Shown in pieces: positions 19,491 through 28,562 of a stretch of DNA of 64,000 bases. The notes beneath the pieces were generated by a model, which saw only the letters and a program-made list of their open reading frames with translations, was not told where the DNA came from and made no database searches. This stretch comes from an uncultured Chloroflexia bacterium. GTDB taxonomy: Bacteria; Chloroflexota; Limnocylindria; Limnocylindrales; CSP1-4. The stretch lies in contig OY970218.1 of assembly GCA_963713975.1 (NCBI GenBank), positions 1,536,001 to 1,600,000 on the forward strand. The letters run 5' to 3'. Both the position numbers and the translations under genes were made by a program. Each line of letters opens with the position of its first letter. Within the stretch, counting starts at the first letter, position 1.

Positions 19491-20938
19491 CCGGCGCCCG
19501 CCACGGCCGTTGCCGCGAGGTCGGGAAGGACCTTGCCGGGGTTCAGGAGTCCAAAGGGATCGAACGCCTGCCGGACCGCATGCTGGAGCTCCAGCTCGTC
19601 GCGGTTCAGCATCAGCCCCATCAGGTCCCGCTTCTCGAGCCCGATGCCGTGCTCGCCTGAGAGCACGCCGCCGAGACCGACGCAGGTCACGGCGATGGCT
19701 TCCGCGGCGGCGAGCACGCGCTCCAGGCTTCCAGTCTCGCGCCGGTCGAACATGATGAACGGGTGGAGATTGCCGTCGCCCGCGTGGAACACGTTGACGA
19801 TGGTGAGCCCCTGCTCCTCGGCGATGCGGCGGGTCGCGATCACGGCATCGAGGAGCCTGGTTCGAGGCACGGCGCAGTCGTATTGGTAGAAGTCGGGCGC
19901 GATGCGCGTGATGGCGCCCTGGGCCGACTTGCGTCCCTTCCACAGACTCGCCCGCTGCTCCGGGTCCTCAGCGACCGTGACGCCGAACGCGCCGTGATGG
20001 GCCATCAACTCGAGGACCATCGCGGTCTGCTCTGCCACGGCGCCCGCGGGTCCATCGAGCTCGGTGAGCACGACCGCCTCGGCGTCGAGCGGGTAGCCCG
20101 CGTGCGCGAACGCCTCGATCACCTGCACGATCGGCCGGTCCATCATCTCAACCGCGCTGGCCGACACTCCCGAAGCCACGATGTCCGAGACGCAGGCGGC
20201 GGCACTCTCGATCGACGGGAAGCCGGCAAGGGTGACCCGGACACCGGACGGCACCGGGGTCAGGGCGACGCACGCCGACGTGACGATGCCCAGCGTTCCC
20301 TCGGACCCCGCCATCAGGGATCGCAGGTCGTACCCGGCAGGGTCGGCGACCTCCGTCCCGAGGCGCACGACCTCGCCGCCTGCCAGGACGACGTCGACAG
20401 CGCGCACGTGGTTGCGGGTCACGCCCCAGAGCAGGCAGCGCGGCCCTCCGGCGTTCGTTGCGACGTTCCCGCCCACCGTGGAGCAGGCCTCGGACGCGGG
20501 GTCGGGAGCGAACGTCAGCCCGAGCGGCGCAAGCTGCTGCTTGAGGTCGAGATTGAGCACTCCAGCCTCGACCCAGGCGACGCGGTCTTCGACGCTGACG
20601 CTCCTGACCGCTCGCAGCCGCGTCGTGGCGACGACGATCGCGTCGCCGAGGGGAGTGGCACCGCCCGCCAGTCCCGATCCGGCTCCACGGGGGACGATGG
20701 GCAGGCCGTGCCAGCGCGCCACGTTCACGCAGGCCGCCACCTCGGACGTGGTCGCGGGCAGCGCGACCATGCCGCAGGTGCCCTGGATCATCGAGGCGTC
20801 GCGGGCGTAGAGGCGCAGGGACAGAGGATCGGTGAGGATCGCGGATGGTCCGAGGATGGCCTCGAGCTCGCGGGCGGCCCGGGCGACGACCCCGACCGCG
20901 CCGGCCCTGACGCCGATCCGGGACAGCCGGCTCTTCAT
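19487..20938 (-). CDS. glcD: Glycolate oxidase FAD-linked subunit-like (GlcD)
   Basis: PRGAGSGLAGGA, PDPAS, NAGG, GSEGTLGI, HAGDGNLH, GEHGIG, NPGK. Confidence 0.88.
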   Translation of the reverse strand: MKSRLSRIGVRAGAVGVVARAARELEAILGPSAILTDPLSLRLYARDASMIQGTCGMVALPATTSEVAACVNVARWHGLPIVPRGAGSGLAGGATPLGDAIVVATTRLRAVRSVSVEDRVAWVEAGVLNLDLKQQLAPLGLTFAPDPASEACSTVGGNVATNAGGPRCLLWGVTRNHVRAVDVVLAGGEVVRLGTEVADPAGYDLRSLMAGSEGTLGIVTSACVALTPVPSGVRVTLAGFPSIESAAACVSDIVASGVSASAVEMMDRPIVQVIEAFAHAGYPLDAEAVVLTELDGPAGAVAEQTAMVLELMAHHGAFGVTVAEDPEQRASLWKGRKSAQGAITRIAPDFYQYDCAVPRTRLLDAVIATRRIAEEQGLTIVNVFHAGDGNLHPFIMFDRRETGSLERVLAAAEAIAVTCVGLGGVLSGEHGIGLEKRDLMGLMLNRDELELQHAVRQAFDPFGLLNPGKVLPDLAATAVAGAG

Positions 20939-20963
20939 GACGCCTGGAGCGGCCCCTCTGCCC

Positions 20964-22028
20964 TCATCGCTGGGTCGGTTCGGGCGGAGCGGCGCCGCCG
21001 GCATCGGCCAGCTCCAGCGCCACGTCCACGATCATGTCCTCCTGGCCACCGACGATCTTCCGCCGCCCGAGCTCCAGGAGGATCGCCCTCGGATCGACAC
21101 CGAATCGGATGCCAGCTCGTTCCGCGTGCAGCAGGAACGAGCTGTACACCCCCGCATAGCCCAGCGACAGGGCGCTCCTGTCGATGATCTGCGGTCGGCG
21201 CATGATCGGAGCGACGACGTCTTCCGCGACGTCCATGATCAGCAGCGGGTCGATCCCTGTCGGGTAGCCGGATCGATCGCTCACAACGACGAGCGCCTCG
21301 GTCGGACAGTTGCCGCCGCCGGCACCCATGCCCCGACTGCAGCCGTCGACCTGCTCGGCCCCCTCCTCGAGCGCCGCGAGCGAGTTGGCCACGGCGAGTG
21401 TCAGGTTGTTGTGCGCGTGGATGCCCACCTGGGTGGCCGGCAGGAGGCCGTTCCTCAGGGACGCGACCCGCGCCCTGGCATCCTCGGGCGTCATGGCCCC
21501 CGCGGAGTCGACGACGTAGACGCAGGTGGCTCCGGCGTCCTCCATGATCCGCGCCTGGGCGAGGAGTCCCTCCGGCGTCACCATGTGGGCCATCATCAGG
21601 AAGCCGACCGCCTCCATCTCGAGGTCGCGTGCCATCCGGATGTGCTGGATGGCCACGTCGGCCTCTGTGCAGTGGGTGGCGATGCGGGCGACGGTCGCCC
21701 CCAGTGCGCGCACCTCCTGGAGGTCATCGGCGACACCGATGCCCGGCAGCAGCAGGACGGCGATCTTCGCTCGCTCGACCACCGCCACGGCGGCCTCGAT
21801 GAGGACCCGCTCCGAGGCGGCCGAGAAGCCGTAGTTGAACGAGGAGCCGCCCAGGCCGTCGCCGTGGGATACCTCGATCACGGGAACTCCGGCCCGGTCG
21901 AGCGAGGACGCGATCGACGACACCATCTCCGGGGTGAATTGGTGCGCCAGCGCATGCGAGCCGTCGCGCAGCGTGGAGTCCGTCAGCCGGAACTTGGGCA
22001 CAGGGTCGGCGCCGCGGTCAGCCGACAT
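20964..22028 (-). CDS. dmpG: 4-hydroxy-2-oxovalerate aldolase
   Basis: [46 protein letters not shown]. Confidence 0.95.
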   Translation of the reverse strand: MSADRGADPVPKFRLTDSTLRDGSHALAHQFTPEMVSSIASSLDRAGVPVIEVSHGDGLGGSSFNYGFSAASERVLIEAAVAVVERAKIAVLLLPGIGVADDLQEVRALGATVARIATHCTEADVAIQHIRMARDLEMEAVGFLMMAHMVTPEGLLAQARIMEDAGATCVYVVDSAGAMTPEDARARVASLRNGLLPATQVGIHAHNNLTLAVANSLAALEEGAEQVDGCSRGMGAGGGNCPTEALVVVSDRSGYPTGIDPLLIMDVAEDVVAPIMRRPQIIDRSALSLGYAGVYSSFLLHAERAGIRFGVDPRAILLELGRRKIVGGQEDMIVDVALELADAGGAAPPEPTQR

Positions 22029-22962
22029 GGTTCATCTCCTCCGGCTGCCAGCCGTGGCGCGCCTGAGCGACCGCCTCGGCCACCCGCACGGCGGCGGCCG
22101 TCATGATGTCGAGGTTGCCTGCGTAGGCTGGCAGGAAGTCGGCGCTGCCGGTGACCTCGAGCAGGACTGTGACCTTGCGCGCGGCCGGGCCGCCCGGGGT
22201 CACGAAGGGACCGTTGTCGAAGACCGGGGGGGCCTTGAGCCGGTAGCCTGGGACGTAGCCCGCCACCTCCTCGACCATTCCCTCGATGGCCTTCGCGACC
22301 GCGTCCGTGTCGGCGTCCTCCGGGATGCCGCAGTACACCGTGTTGCGCATGAGGACGGGCGGCTCGGCCGGGTTCAGGATGATGATCGCCTTGCCCGCGG
22401 TCGCCCCGCCGATCGCCTCGATCCCGGAAGCGGTCGTCCTGGTGAACTCGTCGATGTTCTGGCGGGTGCCGGGACCGGCCGACCGGGAGGCGATCGACGA
22501 GATGATCTCCGCGTACGGGACGGCGCAGACCCGGGAAACGGCAGCGACGATCGGGATGGTCGCCTGGCCCCCGCAGGTGATCATGTTCAGGTTGGGGGCT
22601 CCAAGGTGGCTGTCCAAGTTGACGACCGGGACGACCGCCGGGCCAACGGCGGCGGGCGTGAGGTCGATCGCCGTCAGGCCCGCAGCTGCATAGCGCGGCG
22701 CGTTGGACCGGTGCACCGAGGCGCTGGTGGCTTCGAGCACGATCTCGATCCCCAGCTCGGCCCCGTGGTCGAGGAGCCAGTTGACGCCCTCATGGCTGGT
22801 GGCGATGCCCCATTGCCGGGCCTTGGCGAGGCCCACGGAGTTCGGGTCGACGCCGACAATGACCGCCGGGACCAGGGTATCGGAGCGCAGCAGTTTCCGT
22901 GCGAGATCGCTCCCGATGTTCCCCGAACCGACGATCGCTACCGGGATCCTCCGATCCGGCAT
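22018..22962 (-). CDS. dmpF: Acetaldehyde dehydrogenase (acylating)
   Basis: [42 protein letters not shown]. Confidence 0.95.
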   Translation of the reverse strand: MPDRRIPVAIVGSGNIGSDLARKLLRSDTLVPAVIVGVDPNSVGLAKARQWGIATSHEGVNWLLDHGAELGIEIVLEATSASVHRSNAPRYAAAGLTAIDLTPAAVGPAVVPVVNLDSHLGAPNLNMITCGGQATIPIVAAVSRVCAVPYAEIISSIASRSAGPGTRQNIDEFTRTTASGIEAIGGATAGKAIIILNPAEPPVLMRNTVYCGIPEDADTDAVAKAIEGMVEEVAGYVPGYRLKAPPVFDNGPFVTPGGPAARKVTVLLEVTGSADFLPAYAGNLDIMTAAAVRVAEAVAQARHGWQPEEMNHVG

Positions 22963-23489
22963 CTGGCCTCCGCCTCGTTGCTCCATGATGTTGTCCTTCC
23001 AGCGCCAGAGGGCGTCGCGGGCGAGCCTGACAGGTTCCAGGGCGGGCGGGATCGAGATATGAAATACGATCTACCAGATCACGAGGCTCTGTCAACTCAC
23101 CTTCAGCACATCGTCATGGACATGGTCACCTTCGCCTGCGGGCCGTGCGGAGCGGCCGCTGGGACGGAGGAATGAGCGATATCAGACGGGCCGTCCTGAC
23201 GCGGCACATCAACCCGGTCGGCGGCCAAGAGTCGGCTGTCCCGGCAGTGGAAGAGATGCCCGTCGAAGCGGCAGGTCAAGGTGCCGTTCGCGCCACGCCG
23301 GCTCGAGCGTCGCCTGGTCACTGCTCATTGGCTGGCTGCCGATCGCCCGACGATGTCGGCACTGGTGGTCATCGTCGCTGTTTGTCCGTCAGGCCTGCCC
23401 GATCCGGCTCCCTGCCCAGCAGCTCGCGGGTGCCGAAGGACACTACAGGAATCACAGTAACTTACTTGGCTTCCTGTTAGACTCCGGGC

Positions 23490-24932
23490 ATGAGCGAGCC
23501 CTACCTGTTCCCGAGCATCGACGCCTTCAGGGACCGCCGGGAGGAGCTTGCGACGATCGGCGACTGGTTCGACGACGACGCCGAGTGGCGTGCCATGACC
23601 CTCTACGGCAGACGCCGCGTCGGCAAGTCCTGGCTGTTCCGCGCCTTTGCTCACGGCCGGGATGCGGACATCTTCGTGGCCAGCACCCGGGGCCTCGCGG
23701 ACCAGCTCGCCGGGTTCTCCGAGACGCTCGGACGCGATGGCGAGCGTCCCGCCCTGCCCGATCTCGAGGCCTTCTTCCGGCTCCTCTACCGCCGGGCACG
23801 CGACTCGCGACGCCTGGTCGTGATCGATGAGCTGCCCTACCTCTGGACGGCCGAACGGGACCTGCCGTCCATCCTGCTCAAGGTGATGGAGGAGGAAGCG
23901 CCGTCCTCCCGCCTGAAGCTGCTCATCGCGGGCAGCCACGTTGGCATGATGGAGCGCCTGCTCGCCGAGCGGGAGGCCCTGCACGACCGGCTTCGGCCGC
24001 TCCGCATCCGCGCGCTCGATTTCTGGCACGCCGTGGAGATCCTCGGGGACGGCGACCCGGAGCAGCTCCTTACCGCCTACTCCATTGCCGGTGGGATGCC
24101 TCGCTACCTCGCCGAGGTCGCGGGCGCCCCGGACCCCGTCGCGCGGCTGGCGGCGCTGTGCCTCGACCCGCACGGCCCGCTGTTCGACGAGCCCCGCTCG
24201 ATCCTCGCCCAGGAGCTCGACGTCCCGCACACCTACTTCTCCCTGCTGTCGGTGCTCGCGTCGGGCCCGAAGTCGTGGGGCGACCTGTCCTCGCAATCGA
24301 AGGTCGAGTCCGATCGCCTGGGCCGCTACCTGCGGACCCTCGAGAACCTGGGCATCGTGACCCAGAAGGCGCCAGTCACCGATCCCGCGCGGGTGGGACG
24401 CAATCGCCTCTACGAGATCAGCGACGGGTTCCTGCGCTTCTGGTTCCGGTTCGTCTTCCCGTTCCAGGCCGATCTCGAGGCGGGCCTCGCCCCCGCCACG
24501 GTGCTCGAGACCGAGATCCTGCCCGAGCTTGCCGACCATATCGCGCCCGCGGTCGAGGAAGTGGCGCGAGACTGGGTCCGGCGAACCGGCGTGGGCGGCG
24601 CGACGAGGGTCGGGTCCTGGTGGGGTCCTGCGCTCAACGAGTTCCGGGCCACCAACGAACGAACGAGCGAGGAGATCGACATCGTCGGGATCGCACGCAA
24701 CCGTGTGACGGTGGTGGGCGAGGTCAGGTGGCGGAGTCGTCCGATGGACGTCGGCATCCTGGGCGACATCGACCGCTTCAAGCTGCCGGCGCTGCGCAAG
24801 GCAACGAACGTCGCCGCGCACCCGCAGATCGTGCTCGTGAGCCGGTCGGGGTTCACGCCGGCGCTGCACGAGGCGGCCGACCGGGAGCCTCGCATCCGAC
24901 TCGTGGAGATCGCGCAACTGGTCAACGCCTGA
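23490..24932 (+). CDS. Archaeal-type ATPase with wHTH and C-terminal DUF234 (PD-(D/E)xK-like) domain
   Basis: Walker A YGRRRVGKS, Walker B VIDELPYL, GGMPRYL, FLRFWFRFV, EIDIV..GEVRW. Confidence 0.85.
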   Translation: MSEPYLFPSIDAFRDRREELATIGDWFDDDAEWRAMTLYGRRRVGKSWLFRAFAHGRDADIFVASTRGLADQLAGFSETLGRDGERPALPDLEAFFRLLYRRARDSRRLVVIDELPYLWTAERDLPSILLKVMEEEAPSSRLKLLIAGSHVGMMERLLAEREALHDRLRPLRIRALDFWHAVEILGDGDPEQLLTAYSIAGGMPRYLAEVAGAPDPVARLAALCLDPHGPLFDEPRSILAQELDVPHTYFSLLSVLASGPKSWGDLSSQSKVESDRLGRYLRTLENLGIVTQKAPVTDPARVGRNRLYEISDGFLRFWFRFVFPFQADLEAGLAPATVLETEILPELADHIAPAVEEVARDWVRRTGVGGATRVGSWWGPALNEFRATNERTSEEIDIVGIARNRVTVVGEVRWRSRPMDVGILGDIDRFKLPALRKATNVAAHPQIVLVSRSGFTPALHEAADREPRIRLVEIAQLVNA

Positions 24933-24968
24933 CCGCCGCCGGGTTGACCATGGGTCTAGGATCGACCG

Positions 24969-26315
24969 ATGGCAGCCAGCGTCCCGCCTGCGCCTGACCC
25001 CGCGCCCCACGACGGATCCGCGCGGCTCACCGGAGCGCAGATCAGCGCGATCAATCGCTTCCCGGACGACAACCCGAACCCGGTGCTGCGCGTCGACGGC
25101 GATGGCCACCTGACCTACGCGAACCCCGCCAGCGCGGGCGTGCTCGAGGCCCTTGGCATTGCCGTGGGCGAGCGGTTGCCCGCCGACGAGCTCGCCCGCA
25201 TGGAGACGGCGGCGTCGTCACGGGGCTTCATCGAGCTCACCAGGGACGGCCGCACCTTTGCGATCTGGCCGGTCCCGATCCCGGACATGGGCTTCACGAA
25301 CCTCTACGGCCAGGACGTCACCGCCGAGCGGGCGATCGTCAAGTTCCCCGACGAGAACCCGAACCCGGTGATGCGGATCGACTGGGACGGCCGGCTCACG
25401 TATGCCAACCTGGCGAGCGCGACGCTCGTGGACGGGCTGGGGCTCAGGCTCGGGTTGCTCCTGACGCCGCACCTGCGGGACGCGATCCTGGACCAGGCGC
25501 GAGCGGGCCATCGCACCACGGTCGAAGTCGAAGCCGCCGGCTCCACCTACAGGCTGCTTCCGGTCGAGGTGCCCGCTTTCGGGTTCATCAACGTCTACGG
25601 CACCGACGTGACCGCCGAGAAGGAGCAACAGCGGCTCGCCCGAGAGAACGAGCGGCTGCTGCTCAACATCCTGCCCGAGCCCATCGCCCGGCGGCTGCGC
25701 GACGGCGAGCCCCTCATCGCGGACCGGTTCGACGACGTCACGCTGCTGTTCGCTGACATCGTGGAGTTCACACGTCTCTCGTCCACGCTCACCCCGTCCG
25801 AGCTCGTCGGCGTCCTCAACGAGGTGTTCTCGGTCTTCGACGGTCTGGTCGAGCGGTACGGGCTGGAGAAGGTGAAGACCATCGGTGACGCCTACATGGT
25901 GGTGGGCGGGATGCCCGAGCGCTCGGACGACCACACGGTCCGGGTGGTCGCGATGGCGCTTGACCTGGCCGAGTGCGTGGGTGGGATCGACGCCGCCCGC
26001 CGCCTCGGAATCGCGTTCAGGATCGGGATCCACTGCGGGCCGGTGGTCGCCGGGGTCATCGGCACCAAGAAGTTTATCTACGACGTCTGGGGCGACACGG
26101 TGAACCTGGCGAGCCGGATGGAATCGCTTGGGAGCCCCGGCCGCGTCCAGGTGACGCGTGCGGTCAAGGAGCGCCTCGACGGCGTCTTCGATTGCGAGGC
26201 GCGCGGGCTCATCGACGTCAAGGGCAAGGGACCCACGCCCGCCTGGTTCGTCATGGGCAGGACGGAGCCCGGCAGGGCACCAGCCGAGCATGGCGGGCTG
26301 GCCACGAGTCGGTAG
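24969..26315 (+). CDS. Class III adenylate/guanylate cyclase with two PAS-like repeats
   Basis: Two FPDxNPNPV.R.D.DG.LTYAN repeats; LLNILP, FADIVEFT, KTIGDAYM, YDVWGDTVNLASRME. Confidence 0.93.
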   Translation: MAASVPPAPDPAPHDGSARLTGAQISAINRFPDDNPNPVLRVDGDGHLTYANPASAGVLEALGIAVGERLPADELARMETAASSRGFIELTRDGRTFAIWPVPIPDMGFTNLYGQDVTAERAIVKFPDENPNPVMRIDWDGRLTYANLASATLVDGLGLRLGLLLTPHLRDAILDQARAGHRTTVEVEAAGSTYRLLPVEVPAFGFINVYGTDVTAEKEQQRLARENERLLLNILPEPIARRLRDGEPLIADRFDDVTLLFADIVEFTRLSSTLTPSELVGVLNEVFSVFDGLVERYGLEKVKTIGDAYMVVGGMPERSDDHTVRVVAMALDLAECVGGIDAARRLGIAFRIGIHCGPVVAGVIGTKKFIYDVWGDTVNLASRMESLGSPGRVQVTRAVKERLDGVFDCEARGLIDVKGKGPTPAWFVMGRTEPGRAPAEHGGLATSR

Positions 26316-26422
26316 GGGCGAACCCCGACGGAGCCGCGGCGGGTCGCCGCCTACAATCCTCGCGTCCGTACCAAGCCGGCTCCGCGGAGTCGGAGCCGTC
26401 CGGACCAGACACGAGGCATCGC

Positions 26423-27694
26423 TTGACCCGGTCCCGACCCATCGGCCGCGCCCGACGCCCGGGCCTGCTCGCACTGCTGGTCGCCGTCCTGCTCGTCGCG
26501 TGTGGCACGCCTGCGCCAACGCCTGCGCCAACGCCTGCGCCCGCCACGCCGCTCGCTCCCGCGCCCACCACCTCCCCGACGCCAGGCGTCACCGCCGATC
26601 CGTCGATCGTCGCCGGGATGCCGTCGGCCGACCAGCTGGACACCCGCTGGGGCACCTACATCTCCGAACGCGAGTGGGGGAATCCGCGTGAGAGCCAGGG
26701 TGGCAACGGCTGGGGCATGTCGGTGCTGGAGGCCACGCGCCAGCCCTACCGGTTCGCCGAGGACGGGATCGCCGCCATCAGCGATGACCGCTGGCAGCAG
26801 CCGGACGGGCACGTCCCGTGCGCGGAGTGGGTGATCGAGGTGGAGTGCCCGCCCCTGTTCGCCTGGTCCGCGCTGCGGGTGGCGGCTGCCTACGACGCAG
26901 CGGGGCGAACGGCCGATGGCGATGCCTTCCTGGCGGAGCTGTACCCGCGCCTGGTGCTCCAGTACCGCTACTGGCAGGCGACGAACCCCGTCGCCGGCGA
27001 CCTCTACGCCGGAGGCTTCCTGGGCATGGACAACCTGCCCCGTGGCCAGGGCGTGGACGGCGTGCCGGCGGCGCAGGCCGACGGCTCGGCCTGGATGGCG
27101 GCGTTCGCCCGCGACCTCGCGACCATGGCGACACGCGTTGGCCGGGCGGACGATGCGCCGGGCTTCCTCGGCGACCGGGATCGCGTGGCCGAGGCCGTGA
27201 ATGCGCACCTGTGGGACGAGGAGTCCGGCTTCTACTACGACGCCACCGCCACCGGCCTGCTCAAGATCCAGTCGTACACCGGGCTGGTGCCGCTGATCGC
27301 CGGCATCGTGCCCCCGGACCGGATGCCCCGCGTCCTGGAGCCCATCCGGGACCCGTACAAGCTCCTCGCGGACGATGGGCTGCGCAGCATGTCCGTTCGC
27401 TCGCCGCACTACGCCCCCGGGTACGCCGGGCCCGGCACGAACTCCAACTGGCGGGGCCCGATCTGGTTGCCGTACAGCTATCTCGTGATCGAGGCGCTGC
27501 GGGAAGTGGATCCGGCGCTCGCCTCGGACATCACCGCCCGCACGATTACGATGGTCGAGAACAGTTGGACGAAGACGGGTCGCGTCTTCGAGTACTTCGA
27601 CGGCGAGCGGGGCACCGGGCTCGGCGCGGACGCCCAGGCCGGGTGGACGGCCGTCGTCGCGAACCTGATCGCCGAGGCGTATCCCGCGCCGTAG
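26423..27694 (+). CDS. Lipoprotein with internally deleted GH63/MGH1-like glycoside hydrolase domain
   Basis: TTG start behind GAGG; lipobox LVAC; WGTYISEREWG, EDGIAAISDD, GGFLGMDN, QADGSAWM, WDEESGFYYD, NWRGPIW, FEYFDG, GWTA. Confidence 0.7.
   Translation: MTRSRPIGRARRPGLLALLVAVLLVACGTPAPTPAPTPAPATPLAPAPTTSPTPGVTADPSIVAGMPSADQLDTRWGTYISEREWGNPRESQGGNGWGMSVLEATRQPYRFAEDGIAAISDDRWQQPDGHVPCAEWVIEVECPPLFAWSALRVAAAYDAAGRTADGDAFLAELYPRLVLQYRYWQATNPVAGDLYAGGFLGMDNLPRGQGVDGVPAAQADGSAWMAAFARDLATMATRVGRADDAPGFLGDRDRVAEAVNAHLWDEESGFYYDATATGLLKIQSYTGLVPLIAGIVPPDRMPRVLEPIRDPYKLLADDGLRSMSVRSPHYAPGYAGPGTNSNWRGPIWLPYSYLVIEALREVDPALASDITARTITMVENSWTKTGRVFEYFDGERGTGLGADAQAGWTAVVANLIAEAYPAP
26507..26542 (+). 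repeat. 3 x 12-bp tandem repeat encoding TPAP linker
   Basis: ACGCCTGCGCCA x2 plus ACGCCTGCGCCC. Confidence 0.85.
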
Positions 27695-27715
27695 GTCCAA
27701 GGAGGAGGAGCCACG

Positions 27716-28558
27716 ATGGCCGACGCCAAGGCCGCTGCCGACGGAGGGGCAGGGCGCGAGGAGCGCCGGGATGCCTTCGAGCTCAAGGGCGCTGCCTACG
27801 AGCTGTTCATCCTCATGCTCTCGACGCTGGCCATCGTCAACTCCGTGATCATCCTCCTCCCCGCGTCGGGGCCGGTCCGACAGGTGGCGCTCCTCACCGA
27901 CGTGATCCTCGTGCCCTTCCTCCTGTTCGACTTCGGGTATCGCCTGGCCACGGCATCGTCCAAGCGGGCCTACGTGGTCCGGGGCTCCGGCTGGGCGGAT
28001 CTGGTCGGCGTCGTGCCGGTGCTCGGGATCTTCCGGGCCTTCCGGGTGACCCGTGTCGTACGGCTCCTCCGGCGCCACGGCGTCGAGCGGACCCTGGGAG
28101 ACCTGGACGGGTCCAGGGCGACCGCCACGTTCCTGTTGACGCTGTTCCTGGTCGTGGCCGTGGTGGAGTTCGCTGGGATGGGCGTCTACCTCGCGGAGGT
28201 GTCGGCTCCGGGGTCCAACATCCACAGCGCGTCGGACGCCGTCTGGTGGGGCTTCGTCACCGTCACTACCGTCGGCTACGGCGACCAGTATCCCGTGACC
28301 AACATCGGCCGGACCATCGGCACCCTGCTCCTATTCACCGGTGTCGCCCTGTTCTCCGTCCTCACCGGGTTCATCGCAAACACGTTCCTGGCCCCCCGAC
28401 GGCGCAGGTTCGAGCCCAGCGTCCCATCCGACTCCGTGGAGGCCGACCTTCGAGCGCTCCGTGCGATGCTCGAGGACCAGGAGGACCGGGCCACCGCGAT
28501 GCGGCTTAAGCTCGGGGACGTGGAGCGGGCCGTGGCGAAGAAGGGCTCCGCCGAGTAG
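27716..28558 (+). CDS. Voltage-gated potassium channel (KvAP-like, 6TM)
   Basis: S4 RAFRVTRVVRLLRR; filter TVTTVGYGD; strong SD AAGGAGGAGG. Confidence 0.92.
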   Translation: MADAKAAADGGAGREERRDAFELKGAAYELFILMLSTLAIVNSVIILLPASGPVRQVALLTDVILVPFLLFDFGYRLATASSKRAYVVRGSGWADLVGVVPVLGIFRAFRVTRVVRLLRRHGVERTLGDLDGSRATATFLLTLFLVVAVVEFAGMGVYLAEVSAPGSNIHSASDAVWWGFVTVTTVGYGDQYPVTNIGRTIGTLLLFTGVALFSVLTGFIANTFLAPRRRRFEPSVPSDSVEADLRALRAMLEDQEDRATAMRLKLGDVERAVAKKGSAE

Positions 28559-28562
28559 CGCC

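Noticed and set aside
24969-28558. cAMP-gated channel system (cyclase plus K+ channel)
   Set aside because: Channel has no cyclic-nucleotide-binding domain, and a separate TACAAT promoter-like box at 26352-26357 lies between the genes
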